NCBI GenBank assembly: GCA_965231215.1 | Contig: OZ246423.1 | Span: 480,001-544,000 of the forward strand | DNA length: 64,000 bases | Reading direction: 5' to 3' | From: Candidatus Altimarinota bacterium | Lineage (GTDB): Bacteria; Patescibacteriota; Gracilibacteria; UBA4473 | Shown: piece after piece, positions 1 through 9,458 of the stretch | Layout: each line of letters opens with the position of its first letter | How positions within the stretch are numbered: the stretch's first letter is position 1 | Position numbers and translations under genes: made by a program | The notes under the pieces: generated by a model | Told to the model about the DNA's origin: nothing | Seen by the model: the letters and a program-made list of their open reading frames with translations, nothing else | Databases searched by the model: none

Positions 1-149
1 AAATGAGCATCAATAGTTGGAACTGAGGTTTTGGTTTTTAGAAGTTTGTGAACCCGGTTATAAAAATTTTCTCGAGAATATCGCATAAAAACAGGTTAGA
101 TTTCGGTAAAAATTCTAGCAAAACCTTGATCTCTGAGCGATCAAAATTG

Positions 150-1673
150 TCAGTTTTCCAACTTTGAGCGATACTGAATAGCTTCTGCCATATGTGGTGT
201 TTGAATATGTGTTTGATGCTCCAGGTCAGCAATGGTTCGAGCAATCTTTAAAAGCCGAAAATAAGACCTCCCACTCAAATTCATCTTCTCTACCACCGTC
301 TTCAAAAGAGATTCAGCTTCGGATGGAAGCGCACAATATTCACGCACCAAACTACTACTCATCTCTGAATTGCAAGCAATATTACGCCCCTTAAAGCGTT
401 CAAGCTGAATATCTCGAGCCTTTTGGACTCGGTTTCGGATTATTTCTGAACTCTCCCCTTCCTCTAGATGAGCTAGTTTTTCTACGGCCACTCGAGGAAC
501 CTCAATATGTAAATCTATCCGATCTAAAATAGGCCCAGAAATTTTTTGCCGATATCGCTGAACGAGCCCTGGGCTATCGGTGCACTCTTTATGTGGATCC
601 CCATAAAACCCACAGGGACACGGATTCATAGCGGCCACTAAACTAAATTGAGCCGGATACATAATGCTTCCTGCCGCTCTAGAAATTCTGATATTCCCAT
701 CCTCCAGAGGCTGTCTTAAAACCTCTAACGTTTTAGCCGAAAACTCGGCAAATTCATCTAGGAAAAGCACCCCTCTATGTGCTAAGGAAATCTCTCCAGG
801 ACTTGGAGGGTTCCCGCCCCCCACTATAGCTACCCCAGAAGCTGTATGATGAACAGATCTAAAAGGGCGTTCCCTCAATACCGGATTATCGCTCCCTGTT
901 AAACCAGCTATAGAATGAATTTTAGTAATCTCTAAACTTTCATCAAAAGTCAGATCAGGCAGAATCGTACTAAACGCCTTAGAAAGCATCGTTTTCCCTG
1001 AACCAGGCGGCCCAATCATTAAAATATTATGGCCTCCAGCCGCGGCTATTTCTAAAGCTCTTTTGGCCTGTTCATTCCCCTTAACAAAGCGAAAGTCAGC
1101 CTCATTTGATTTAGGTTTTTCAGCCAAAAAATCGGTAAAAGGAAAAACTTCAACCCCTTCCCCTGTGGTAAAAAAATCAACAATATGTCTCAAGCTCTGT
1201 ATCCCAAAAATTTCCATTCCCTCTACTAAACTGGCTTCTTCAGCATTGGTTTCTGGTACAAAAATGTGAGTAAATCCTAACTTTTTAGCTTCTACTGTAG
1301 CTGGCAAAACTCCTGAAATAGATCGCAACTCACCACTAAAACTTAGCTCTCCTAAAAAAATAGCCTTCTGAAACTTTTCTGGAATCTGCACCTGGCCATG
1401 TTGATTGAGGATAGACAAAGCTATAGCTAGATCAAAACTTGGGCCATTTTTCTTTAAATCAGCAGGCGCCAAATTAATGGCAATTTTCCCTCGAGGAAAC
1501 TCCAATCCACTCTGTTTTAGAGCACTTCGCACTCGTTCACGGGATTCCTGGATAGAAGTATCGGCCAATCCTACAACGGTAAAAGAAGGAATCCCTCGAT
1601 GAATATCACACTCTACTTCTACTATTTCCCCTTCTAATCCTACAAGCCCTAAACTATACAATCGTGACCACAT
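150..1673 (-). CDS. comM: YifB/ComM family Mg-chelatase-like AAA+ ATPase
   Basis: N-terminal Lon-like ChlI domain (VGLAD..IQESRERVRSAL, INLAPADLKK.G..FDLAIA), Walker A GPPGSGKT, GEISLAHRGVLFLDE, NPCPCG, SGPILDRID. Confidence 0.93.
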   Translation of the reverse strand: MWSRLYSLGLVGLEGEIVEVECDIHRGIPSFTVVGLADTSIQESRERVRSALKQSGLEFPRGKIAINLAPADLKKNGPSFDLAIALSILNQHGQVQIPEKFQKAIFLGELSFSGELRSISGVLPATVEAKKLGFTHIFVPETNAEEASLVEGMEIFGIQSLRHIVDFFTTGEGVEVFPFTDFLAEKPKSNEADFRFVKGNEQAKRALEIAAAGGHNILMIGPPGSGKTMLSKAFSTILPDLTFDESLEITKIHSIAGLTGSDNPVLRERPFRSVHHTASGVAIVGGGNPPSPGEISLAHRGVLFLDEFAEFSAKTLEVLRQPLEDGNIRISRAAGSIMYPAQFSLVAAMNPCPCGFYGDPHKECTDSPGLVQRYRQKISGPILDRIDLHIEVPRVAVEKLAHLEEGESSEIIRNRVQKARDIQLERFKGRNIACNSEMSSSLVREYCALPSEAESLLKTVVEKMNLSGRSYFRLLKIARTIADLEHQTHIQTPHMAEAIQYRSKLEN

Positions 1674-1808
1674 AGTTGTGATTATTTTTATAGATAAAAA
1701 CTTAGCAATGCAGGCGCCTTATAAAAACTTCATTTTCATAGAATAAAAAAGTTGAAAAAAACGCCTTTTCAAGGTATAATTTGGAGAAATAAACAAATAC
1801 AAAAAAGC

Positions 1809-2579
1809 ATGCTTTTGTTTCACACAGACAATTTACCGCATCATGGGCTAGAGCGTATCTTTGATTTCGCCGCTCAAACAGGATACGACGGAATAGAGAT
1901 AGGCGTTGGAGTTAACTACGACACCCATGATCCAGAGTACCTAAAGTCTTTAGAGAAAAGATATAAAATTCCAATCAAAGCTTTTTCTATGAATATCAAA
2001 AAAGAAGAAGTCCTGATTAAAAAATACCAAAACACCGTAAAAGAGTTCCATGAGGTAACTATGAATCTGCATCCCCCGCAAAACCTTTCTTTTAAGTATA
2101 AAAAATGGCTCAAAGAAATTGCTCCGAAACTTGCTAAAAAATACGGCCTAAGACTGTGTTATAGAAATGTGCCATTTGAGTCACTGATGGGCGTTTTTCC
2201 CAAAAGAAGCGATAATACTATGAGCACTCTTAAATCTAAAGGTTTTGTCTGTACAGATCTCACCGCTTTGGCCAAATCAAACGAAGATATTATGAAATCA
2301 ATAGAGGTTTTAGGCGGTCATCTAAAACATGTATACCTTTCTAACGTATATCGAAATTCTTCATACTCTATGCCTGACAGAGGCGTTCTTCCACTAGAAA
2401 GTTACCTTACTAAACTCGCCAAAATTGATTATAGAGGTCATTTTACGCTGTATGTTAAAGGGCGAGACCTCCAGGAAGGAAAAGACGAAGTCACGTTAGA
2501 GAAAATGAAACAAGCGCGTGAATTTTTTGATAAATACTATGTAGCCGTAAGAGAAGCGGCTGAAAACGAAAAAAAATAA
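1809..2579 (+). CDS. Sugar phosphate isomerase/epimerase (AP endonuclease 2 TIM-barrel) family protein
   Basis: AAQTGYDGIEI and HVYLSN...PDRG.LP motifs. ATG at 1809 preferred because the ORF-track start (1752) overlaps a TTGAAA-N17-TATAAT promoter. Confidence 0.65.
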   Translation: MLLFHTDNLPHHGLERIFDFAAQTGYDGIEIGVGVNYDTHDPEYLKSLEKRYKIPIKAFSMNIKKEEVLIKKYQNTVKEFHEVTMNLHPPQNLSFKYKKWLKEIAPKLAKKYGLRLCYRNVPFESLMGVFPKRSDNTMSTLKSKGFVCTDLTALAKSNEDIMKSIEVLGGHLKHVYLSNVYRNSSYSMPDRGVLPLESYLTKLAKIDYRGHFTLYVKGRDLQEGKDEVTLEKMKQAREFFDKYYVAVREAAENEKK

Positions 2580-2621
2580 TGACTCCCTTTACAAGAGCCT
2601 TAATTTTTTGATTATAGGGAA

Positions 2622-3206
2622 GTGAAATTTATTTGTAATACCAGCTTTAACCCTCATTTTTGTGCTCTTTTTTCAGCAAAAGAGGCATTGGTAGATGCTC
2701 TATTTTGGGAGAGGCCCAAAGAAGACTCACAAAAGATTTGGGATTTTTGTCATAGGCATAAAATTCGTGATTTAGATATCAATTTTTTAGGAGCGGTCTC
2801 TGGCCCTGGTAGTTTTTCAAGCCTGAGAGCCAGTAGCGTTATCATGCAGAGTTTAAGTTTTTATTTTAAATGTGACATTCACCAAATAAGAGCTGACAAA
2901 GTCATTCATGAATTTTTAAACACTATCCCAAAATCTCCCAAATTATTCCTATTGAATTCTTTTAGTAGTGGTGTTTTCCTTCCTGAAGGGGATCTGCTCA
3001 AAAAATATGACATTATTCAAGCCTCTGAATTAATAGGGGATACTGCCTGTTTTACGGGACTGCTTCCGACAGAAAAAGCTAAACATATAAAAAATAAGGT
3101 TGAATATGAACTCAACCGTATAGAAAATGTAACCCTAAAAACCCTCAACCAAACCAAATCTTCAAAAGTCTTTGTCCCAGATTATGAATATCCACCAGTT
3201 CAGTAA
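2622..3206 (+). CDS. tsaB: Divergent TsaB-like (tRNA t6A biosynthesis) protein
   Basis: AVSGPGSFSSLR resembles the TsaB GPGSFTGLR motif; N-terminal ICNTS resembles IDTS. Confidence 0.6.
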   Translation: MKFICNTSFNPHFCALFSAKEALVDALFWERPKEDSQKIWDFCHRHKIRDLDINFLGAVSGPGSFSSLRASSVIMQSLSFYFKCDIHQIRADKVIHEFLNTIPKSPKLFLLNSFSSGVFLPEGDLLKKYDIIQASELIGDTACFTGLLPTEKAKHIKNKVEYELNRIENVTLKTLNQTKSSKVFVPDYEYPPVQ

Positions 3207-3230
3207 ATGACTTTCCTCATGGAGTTTTTT

Positions 3231-3791
3231 TTAACTATGACTCAGAAAGTATTTCACTAAATCCTCAGTACTACTATTTTCTGGGGCTTCTTTAAGGACA
3301 AGCCCAATATGAGCTTTATCGTATCCAAGATTTTGTAACGCTTCTTCGGCTTCAGTCTGCGCTGGGTTTCCCTTGTTTCCACCAGAACTACTAAGATCTA
3401 ATTTTCCTTGAAGCTCTACAATAATTTTTTGGGCCATTTTTTTACCAATTCCAGGAGTCTGAGCAATAAAATCTGCGTCTCCTCTTTCTACTGCGGCTTG
3501 AAATGAATCTATAGGCTGGCTCAAAATTTGGAGCGCTATTTTTGGCCCCACTCCAGAAATGCCAATAAGTTTTTCAAAAAGCGCTTTTTCCTCTAGTCCA
3601 GAAAACCCATAAAGGGATATTTCTTGTTCCCGTACAATGGTATGAATAAAAATCTCTAAAGGTTTTCCTACCCCAGCCAAAGCTAAAACATTCCCCGTAG
3701 GAAAAACCTCATATCCAACACCTCCACTGGTTAAAATAAGAATCGTTTTTTCTTGTACCTTTAAAATATTACCGCTAAGAAAGCCTATCAT
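3231..3791 (-). CDS. ruvA: Holliday junction branch migration protein RuvA
   Basis: MIGFLSG, GVGYEV, LYGF, ISGVGPKIAL, PGIGKKMAQKIIVEL, C-terminal AEEALQNLGY. Confidence 0.96.
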   Translation of the reverse strand: MIGFLSGNILKVQEKTILILTSGGVGYEVFPTGNVLALAGVGKPLEIFIHTIVREQEISLYGFSGLEEKALFEKLIGISGVGPKIALQILSQPIDSFQAAVERGDADFIAQTPGIGKKMAQKIIVELQGKLDLSSSGGNKGNPAQTEAEEALQNLGYDKAHIGLVLKEAPENSSTEDLVKYFLSHS

Positions 3792-3848
3792 TGCCTGAAG
3801 TATAAACTAAAAAATACCTTTCCCACAATAAAGCAAAGATATTTTACC

Positions 3849-4165
3849 GCTACAGGGATTCTCCTTACTCGCCTGCGGCTCACCGAAGCCTCCAGCTCAA
3901 AATCAAAGATTTTGGCTTTCGGTCGAACCCTTATTGGGTTCTCATCTGGTTCATAAAAAATATCGCCACCCTTATCCGGGTGTCAATATTTTTTGGTGGA
4001 GCTACAGGGATTCTCCTTACTCGCCTGCGGCTCACCGAAGCCTCCAGCTCAAAATCAAAGATTTTGGCTTTCGGTCGAACCCTTATTGGGTTCTCATCTG
4101 GTTCATAAAAAATATCGCCACCCTTATCCGGGTGTCAATATTTTTTGGTGGAGCTACAGGGATTC
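3849..4165. repeat. Exact 152-bp tandem repeat (2 full copies plus 13 bp) containing the 3' end of tRNA-Ala
   Basis: Units start at 3849, 4001 and 4153 (gctacagggattc...); 3849-4000 is identical to 4001-4152; several internal hairpins. Confidence 0.95.
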
Positions 4166-4222
4166 GAACCCTGGACCTCACCCATGCCATGGGCGCGCTC
4201 TAGCCAGCTGAGCTATAGCCCC
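4146..4222 (-). tRNA. tRNA-Ala(GGC)
   Basis: Reverse complement GGGGCTATAGCTCAGCTGGCTAGAGCGCGCCCATGGCATGGGTGAGGTCCAGGGTTCGAATCCCTGTAGCTCCACCA forms a cloverleaf, anticodon GGC, encoded CCA. Confidence 0.96.
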
Positions 4223-4277
4223 ATCAAGAGCCAAAAGATTCTAGAAAGAAAAACGCTTTTGGCAAATTAAAAATATA

Positions 4278-6371
4278 CTACGCCTTATACCGCTCTAGCG
4301 GAGCTCTAATCTCAAAAGTAGTGCCTTTACCTATTTCACTTTTAAGCACCTTTATATCACCCCCATGAGCTCTTATAATACCTCGGGCAATCGTAAGGCC
4401 TAACCCAAACCCGGCTTCTTTTCGGCTTCGACTTTCAGAAATAACAAACATCAAATCAAAGATTTTATCCCAGTATTCTTCTACAATTCCAATTCCGTTA
4501 TCAGTGTAATGCACCACAACATCATCCCCCTCTTCAAAGGCCCGGACGGTTATCTTAAATTTTTTAGCATCACTAAAAAAGAGCGCATTTTTACCAAGCT
4601 CTACAAACACTCGCTTCATCTGAGGCATGTCAAAATAAAAAAGATCTTTTTCTAAACCAGAACTTTCCCATTTAAAATCCATAATCTCAAACCAATTAGG
4701 ATTCTGTTTGACCATGTCCTGACGAATAAACTCACGTAAATTTTCTAAATTACCAATCGTTTTCTGAACCGCCGCTGTCTCTTGTGACCAATAGAAAGCT
4801 TCTGTTATTCGCTCAAGATTTTGGCTTAAATCCTGTAGAGAACGTTCTGATTCTTTTAAAAATACTTGATCTTCAGGCTTCAGTTTAGCCCAGTCAATAA
4901 CCTCTGTAATATTCCGTGCCATCATTAATGGATGGCGAATTTCATGCATCAAATCTTTAATAAATTCTTTTTCTACAGCTTCATAATTTTGAAGCTTTTG
5001 AAGGACATCCCCATAATCGCGCTCTTTGGTAATATAAATATTAGCCTCTTCCAAAAGCTTTGTAGTGGCGGCAATTTCTTGTGAAGAAAAAAGACTTCCA
5101 TCTACTTTTTTTTCTAAAAGCAAAAAGCCTAAAAGTTTCTTTTCACCATCTAAAACTGGCATAACCACAGAAATCATCATATTGTCTAATGTTTCTCCGA
5201 TAGATTCTAAGTTTTGGTTCTCTCCAAACCGTTCTAATTGAAAATCTAACTCATCCTTCACTAATAAACTGTGAGGATTTTTTTCAAAAAAATGTTTTAA
5301 TGAACTTAAATATTTAGAAAGCAGCGGATCATTCACAAAACAAAATCGCGCTTTTTTGACCTCTAATGCTTGAGACAGATTTTGGATCCCAGATTCCGTA
5401 GAGGTTCTAAATCCCTCAATACTTTTGGCGATGTCCTGAATGGGATTCGTTGATTTGTTGTAAAAAAGATAATTCCAAAACTGAGTAAACACAGGCAAAG
5501 TTTTGTCCCAAAAGAGCACCAGCAATATAGCAATCCCCGCAATAAACACCCCAGCTGCCTGCGTAGTAATCTTCCCAGCCGTTAAAGCGTCTAGCACGGC
5601 AATTATAGGGAAAACATAGACTAAGCTATTAGTGATATAAATAAGGTATTTTTCAAAAGTTACCTGGATATCTAAAAACCTAAGCCGTGTTGTGGCATAA
5701 ATGAAAACCAAAACATTAAATATAAAAAATAATGGAGCAATAGCATCTAGATATACAAAATCAAAATACACTGGCAATATCCAGTTGGTAATCAGCGCAC
5801 TAATATTTGAAAAAGCCGCTACTAAAAACAAATACCTAAACTGAGTTCGTACAATAGGATTAGTAGCACGCTTCATTCTCGTAAAAAGCGTAACGAGGGT
5901 GGCCAAAATGAGGATAAATACAAAAAGTCCGTAATAAGTCACATTTTGAGTTCTATCAACCAAGGCATTACCGGCCTGTGTAAATTCAACTCCCTTAAAA
6001 AACATATCAGGCCATAAAGTAATGCCAACCAGGATCAAAAAACCAACAAAGCAGAATTTATCTATATTATTAAGCTTTTGTTTGGGCCTTAAATATATAC
6101 GAGAAAAGAAAAACTCTGAAAATAAATAAGCCAAAGCCGCAACATAGGCTATTTGCAAAGAAACATACCCCGCACTTTCAAAGGCAAAATAAGTCTCTAC
6201 CGGAAGGTGTAATTGATAAAAAATAGACCCAGAATAAACCAGTATAGCACATAAATAGAATAGAAAAGCATAGAAGGTTCTATGGGCCAAATGTGTTCTT
6301 TGGGTGAACAGAAAAGCCATAACGCCTAATACCAAAATGAGGTTAATAGCAAAACAAAACCCTAGCATCAT
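4278..6371 (-). CDS. Membrane sensor histidine kinase with N-terminal multi-TM (HisKA_7TM-like) input region and GAF-like linker
   Basis: About 9 hydrophobic helices in the first 290 aa; GAF-like segment (VVMPV...LLGFLLL.KK.DG..FS.QEI); H box MHEIRHPL, N box KNA, DNGIGI, GFGLGLTIARGIIRAHGG. Confidence 0.9.
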   Translation of the reverse strand: MMLGFCFAINLILVLGVMAFLFTQRTHLAHRTFYAFLFYLCAILVYSGSIFYQLHLPVETYFAFESAGYVSLQIAYVAALAYLFSEFFFSRIYLRPKQKLNNIDKFCFVGFLILVGITLWPDMFFKGVEFTQAGNALVDRTQNVTYYGLFVFILILATLVTLFTRMKRATNPIVRTQFRYLFLVAAFSNISALITNWILPVYFDFVYLDAIAPLFFIFNVLVFIYATTRLRFLDIQVTFEKYLIYITNSLVYVFPIIAVLDALTAGKITTQAAGVFIAGIAILLVLFWDKTLPVFTQFWNYLFYNKSTNPIQDIAKSIEGFRTSTESGIQNLSQALEVKKARFCFVNDPLLSKYLSSLKHFFEKNPHSLLVKDELDFQLERFGENQNLESIGETLDNMMISVVMPVLDGEKKLLGFLLLEKKVDGSLFSSQEIAATTKLLEEANIYITKERDYGDVLQKLQNYEAVEKEFIKDLMHEIRHPLMMARNITEVIDWAKLKPEDQVFLKESERSLQDLSQNLERITEAFYWSQETAAVQKTIGNLENLREFIRQDMVKQNPNWFEIMDFKWESSGLEKDLFYFDMPQMKRVFVELGKNALFFSDAKKFKITVRAFEEGDDVVVHYTDNGIGIVEEYWDKIFDLMFVISESRSRKEAGFGLGLTIARGIIRAHGGDIKVLKSEIGKGTTFEIRAPLERYKA

Positions 6372-6376
6372 GGCAC

Positions 6377-8830
6377 TTATAACATTTTATTTATTTTTGT
6401 CGAATTTAATAAGGAGCTTAAATCCATCAGTAAAAGTCTAGGGCTTCCACGTCGTATATAAGGGGCTTCTGATTGAACATCAAACCCCCGTGCTGAACCT
6501 CTTCGATCCATAGATTCAAGAGCCGCCTCAACATCAAATTCTCCTTCTCCCGCCAGAATCAATGTAACGCCCAGCTTGTCTGTAAAAATCTTTTGAAGCG
6601 GAGTTTGTAAAGTCATAACAGCATACTGCTTATTATAGGCTTCAAACAACTTACTCTCCCTGTACCAAGTCGTAACCCCATGATAATGTTTGGCCATTAT
6701 CTCACGATTAAAGAGCCTGTGAACTACTCCCATATTCCCTACCTCCACCACCTTACTGAGATCTATATCAATCCCCGTGTTACGCCTGATTTCAGCTTCA
6801 CAACCTTCTTTGTCTTCTGGAAAGTTTTCCAAAATACATCCATAGTTATTCTCATCAACTTTTTTAAGAGACATAAAGGCTAATGGTTCCCCCGTTAAGT
6901 CATCAAAAAGCACACCAAAGACTAAAACATCTGCTTCAATAAAACCTATTTTAGATTCCTTAAAATAAATTCCATTCAGATACTTCCACAGAGTTGTCCC
7001 TCTGTATCTAGTCTTTTGCATTTGCTCAATACTCATAATCTCAAGCCTTGTCTTTTTGGGTCTTAAAAATTCTTTAACTAATGGCTTGTCCAAAACTGAA
7101 ATATTCCCACCACTCAAGGCTGAATGAATAAATCTGCAAGATCTTAACGATATTGGCTTTCCTAACTTTATTTCCATATAGACAACCCGGCCATCCTCTA
7201 GCGGAACCGCCATTTCCTGTCTAAGCGCTGAAAGCTCATTTCCTTCATTCTTTAATACATACTCTTCTGTTTGCAAATGCCCTGTTTGGTGAGCTTTCAT
7301 CACCCAAGAGGCACAAGCCCCACAGTCATCAGGATCTACAAGTCTCATACTATCAATCCCTAAATCGACATAGTCTTCTGCCGTAAAATTTGTACGCAAA
7401 ACTCCTTTTTCATCCGTAAATTTACTGGCAAATTCATACATTCCCTGAACCGATTCTGCTTCAAATTGGTAAACCGCTAAAGCGCCTTTCTTCACCGATT
7501 GGACTAGATATTCGCGCATATCTTCGGCTCTTGGAGGAGAAAAACACGTAAGCACCGCTTTTGCCAAATTTTTAGCCAACGGAGGTAAACTTTGTCTACT
7601 ATCAAAATAAGCTTCAGCCCTTAGGCCTATATCTGCCTCTACTTGATTCATCGCTATTCCTTCTACAGACGATATTTTCTCAATCTTCTCAGCATAAGAT
7701 TCAGAAATCTGAGCACAATCCTCTATAGCCCGAATCATTTCTTCTACTAAATCAACCCCTAAACTTTGCTCTATAGGCCTCCAAGATTCTAAAAGGGCCG
7801 TTACTTTTTCGGTCTCTGTTTTGTAAAAATTTGGATATTCACATAACACTCTCACCTGAGTTTCTGCTAAGTGAAAATCATAATCAAGATATTTTTGGAT
7901 ATCTAGAACCTTATGTATTAAGGCTTCATCTTTGTCATATAAACCTTTTTCTAAAAGAATAAGAGACAAATCCTCCACATAATTTTTTTTCTCTTTATGA
8001 TCATTCATAAAAGCCGCTTCAAGTTTTTGATAGGTTTTAGAATCTTTTCCTACATGGGCTTTTACAAGCATCATATCTAGCTCCATTTCGTTTTCTTCTA
8101 AATTCTCAAACTTCTCAGGAGGTCCATCAAATTTGCTCTTTATAAGTTGGTTAGAGATTTTAAGTTTTTGAATTTGCTCAATATTGGCACTATCAAAAAT
8201 CTTCAATAGCTTTGTAAAAATCCATGGTCTGAAGGGCAAAGGAATAGAATCCAAATGAGATTCTATAGAGTCTAAAACCTGGGCAATCAATGTATTATTA
8301 TCTTCAGAATCAGCTACATAAGGAAGACATTCCAGACTATTAATAAATAAAATTGAAGTCTCTAAAGACGAAGCATAATCTATATACCCTGCTGCCAAAA
8401 TTTCTTTTTGGATACGAAAAGCCTCGGCAAAAAGATGCTCCTCTCCTACCAAAAAAGGAATTTGTTCCGCTAAGTTTTTAAACCTTTTTCTCTTAAAACA
8501 ATCATCTTGCTCATCTGTTTCTAGTAAAACTAAACCTGAACTTTTCAATAAAGACCTAAAAAGAACCAAATTCTCTGTAGAACAAAGGGCAGCCAAATAC
8601 AGAGCTTGTGATTTTTCAAGTGAAGAATAATCCGGGCTTTGAGAAACTCTATAGAGATTATTGGCGGCTTTAGATTCATCCTTTAGAGCTGGCGTTAAAA
8701 CCGTATCAACAAATTCATCAGAAACGACTTTTACAGTAACAGGCAAAGGTTCATAAGGAGCGTCTGGATACTTCACAAAATCATCAAAAAGTGTTTGGAA
8801 TCTTAAATAGATATCCTCTCTTTCAAGCAT
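6377..8830 (-). CDS. Multidomain protein: N-terminal helical region, PAS domain, C-terminal thermostable-hemolysin/FeeM-like GNAT domain
   Basis: PAS_3-like segment (FTAEDY...RLVDPDD...EEYVLK...EDGRV). C-terminal motifs VVEVGNMG, YAVMT...LQKIF..LG and Y...SPRLLLMD resemble the thermostable hemolysin/acyltransferase fold. Domain calls are by eye. Confidence 0.55.
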   Translation of the reverse strand: MLEREDIYLRFQTLFDDFVKYPDAPYEPLPVTVKVVSDEFVDTVLTPALKDESKAANNLYRVSQSPDYSSLEKSQALYLAALCSTENLVLFRSLLKSSGLVLLETDEQDDCFKRKRFKNLAEQIPFLVGEEHLFAEAFRIQKEILAAGYIDYASSLETSILFINSLECLPYVADSEDNNTLIAQVLDSIESHLDSIPLPFRPWIFTKLLKIFDSANIEQIQKLKISNQLIKSKFDGPPEKFENLEENEMELDMMLVKAHVGKDSKTYQKLEAAFMNDHKEKKNYVEDLSLILLEKGLYDKDEALIHKVLDIQKYLDYDFHLAETQVRVLCEYPNFYKTETEKVTALLESWRPIEQSLGVDLVEEMIRAIEDCAQISESYAEKIEKISSVEGIAMNQVEADIGLRAEAYFDSRQSLPPLAKNLAKAVLTCFSPPRAEDMREYLVQSVKKGALAVYQFEAESVQGMYEFASKFTDEKGVLRTNFTAEDYVDLGIDSMRLVDPDDCGACASWVMKAHQTGHLQTEEYVLKNEGNELSALRQEMAVPLEDGRVVYMEIKLGKPISLRSCRFIHSALSGGNISVLDKPLVKEFLRPKKTRLEIMSIEQMQKTRYRGTTLWKYLNGIYFKESKIGFIEADVLVFGVLFDDLTGEPLAFMSLKKVDENNYGCILENFPEDKEGCEAEIRRNTGIDIDLSKVVEVGNMGVVHRLFNREIMAKHYHGVTTWYRESKLFEAYNKQYAVMTLQTPLQKIFTDKLGVTLILAGEGEFDVEAALESMDRRGSARGFDVQSEAPYIRRGSPRLLLMDLSSLLNSTKINKML

Positions 8831-8847
8831 TAAAAAATTAAAAAATA

Positions 8848-9168
8848 TTAAGTCAAATTGTCTTTAGGGTCCGAATAAAGTACATGATTTGCCACCTCTA
8901 ATGATTCAAAATGATTAATCCCCATTTCTTGAGCTACCTTTAAACAATCTTGCTGCATTTCAGGTTTCCCTTCATAGTGTTTATACACTCTAGCAAAAGC
9001 TTGTTGAACCGTTTGGGGGTCCTTTTGGTACAGATCTTTAAGCGCCCCTAACTTTGCGTCATTGAGACCTTTTTCTTTTTTAACCGCAGAGCGTATTAAA
9101 TCATCTGGAGAATCTTCCTGGGATTGAAGTTTATCATTTTGCCCAGGTTGTTCATTGTGGTGTGTCAT
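8848..9168 (-). CDS. Hypothetical small helical protein (106 aa)
   Basis: ATG ORF fitting the operon with 17-25 bp gaps; no recognisable family. Confidence 0.6.
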   Translation of the reverse strand: MTHHNEQPGQNDKLQSQEDSPDDLIRSAVKKEKGLNDAKLGALKDLYQKDPQTVQQAFARVYKHYEGKPEMQQDCLKVAQEMGINHFESLEVANHVLYSDPKDNLT

Positions 9169-9193
9169 AAGCGAAAGGGGTTAAAAAAAGAAG

Positions 9194-9394
9194 CTATAAA
9201 TTATCTAATTCGGATAAAATATCTTCAGGTCTATTCTTTTCCTTTTTCAAAGTTTGAGTTTCACGCTTCTGTAAAAAAATTCTACGAGCAGTTCCCAAGA
9301 CATCATTGAGAATAACCCCTTGGCGTCTTTTTTCAGCCAATACTTTTTGGATGTCAGATAAAAAGATAAGTTTTGGAATAAATCGAAATAGCAT
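9194..9394 (-). CDS. Hypothetical small protein (66 aa)
   Basis: ATG lies just downstream of an extended -10 TGGTATAAT; fills the gap in the same-strand locus. Confidence 0.45.
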   Translation of the reverse strand: MLFRFIPKLIFLSDIQKVLAEKRRQGVILNDVLGTARRIFLQKRETQTLKKEKNRPEDILSELDNL

Positions 9395-9402
9395 CAGCCC
9401 CT

Positions 9403-9458
9403 ATTATACCAGGATTAAAAGCTCATACATAACATAAAATTAATCTAAATTTAACATT
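9403..9458 (-). promoter_or_regulatory. Extended -10 promoter with upstream 11-bp-period TTAA direct repeats (candidate response-regulator box)
   Basis: TGGTATAAT on the minus strand at 9403-9411; repeats ataac/ttaat/ttaac at 9429/9440/9451. Confidence 0.45.

Noticed and set aside
38-244. 68-aa ORF overlapping the comM 3' end, and the many 60-130 aa antisense ORFs in the track
   Set aside because: They are shadow ORFs overlapping well-supported genes and have no motifs.
3849-4165. CRISPR array
   Set aside because: The units are 152 bp, fully identical and have no unique spacers; no cas genes are in the window.
3934-4211. ORFs of 89 aa and 72 aa on the + strand
   Set aside because: They are read-throughs of the tandem repeat and antisense tRNA-Ala.
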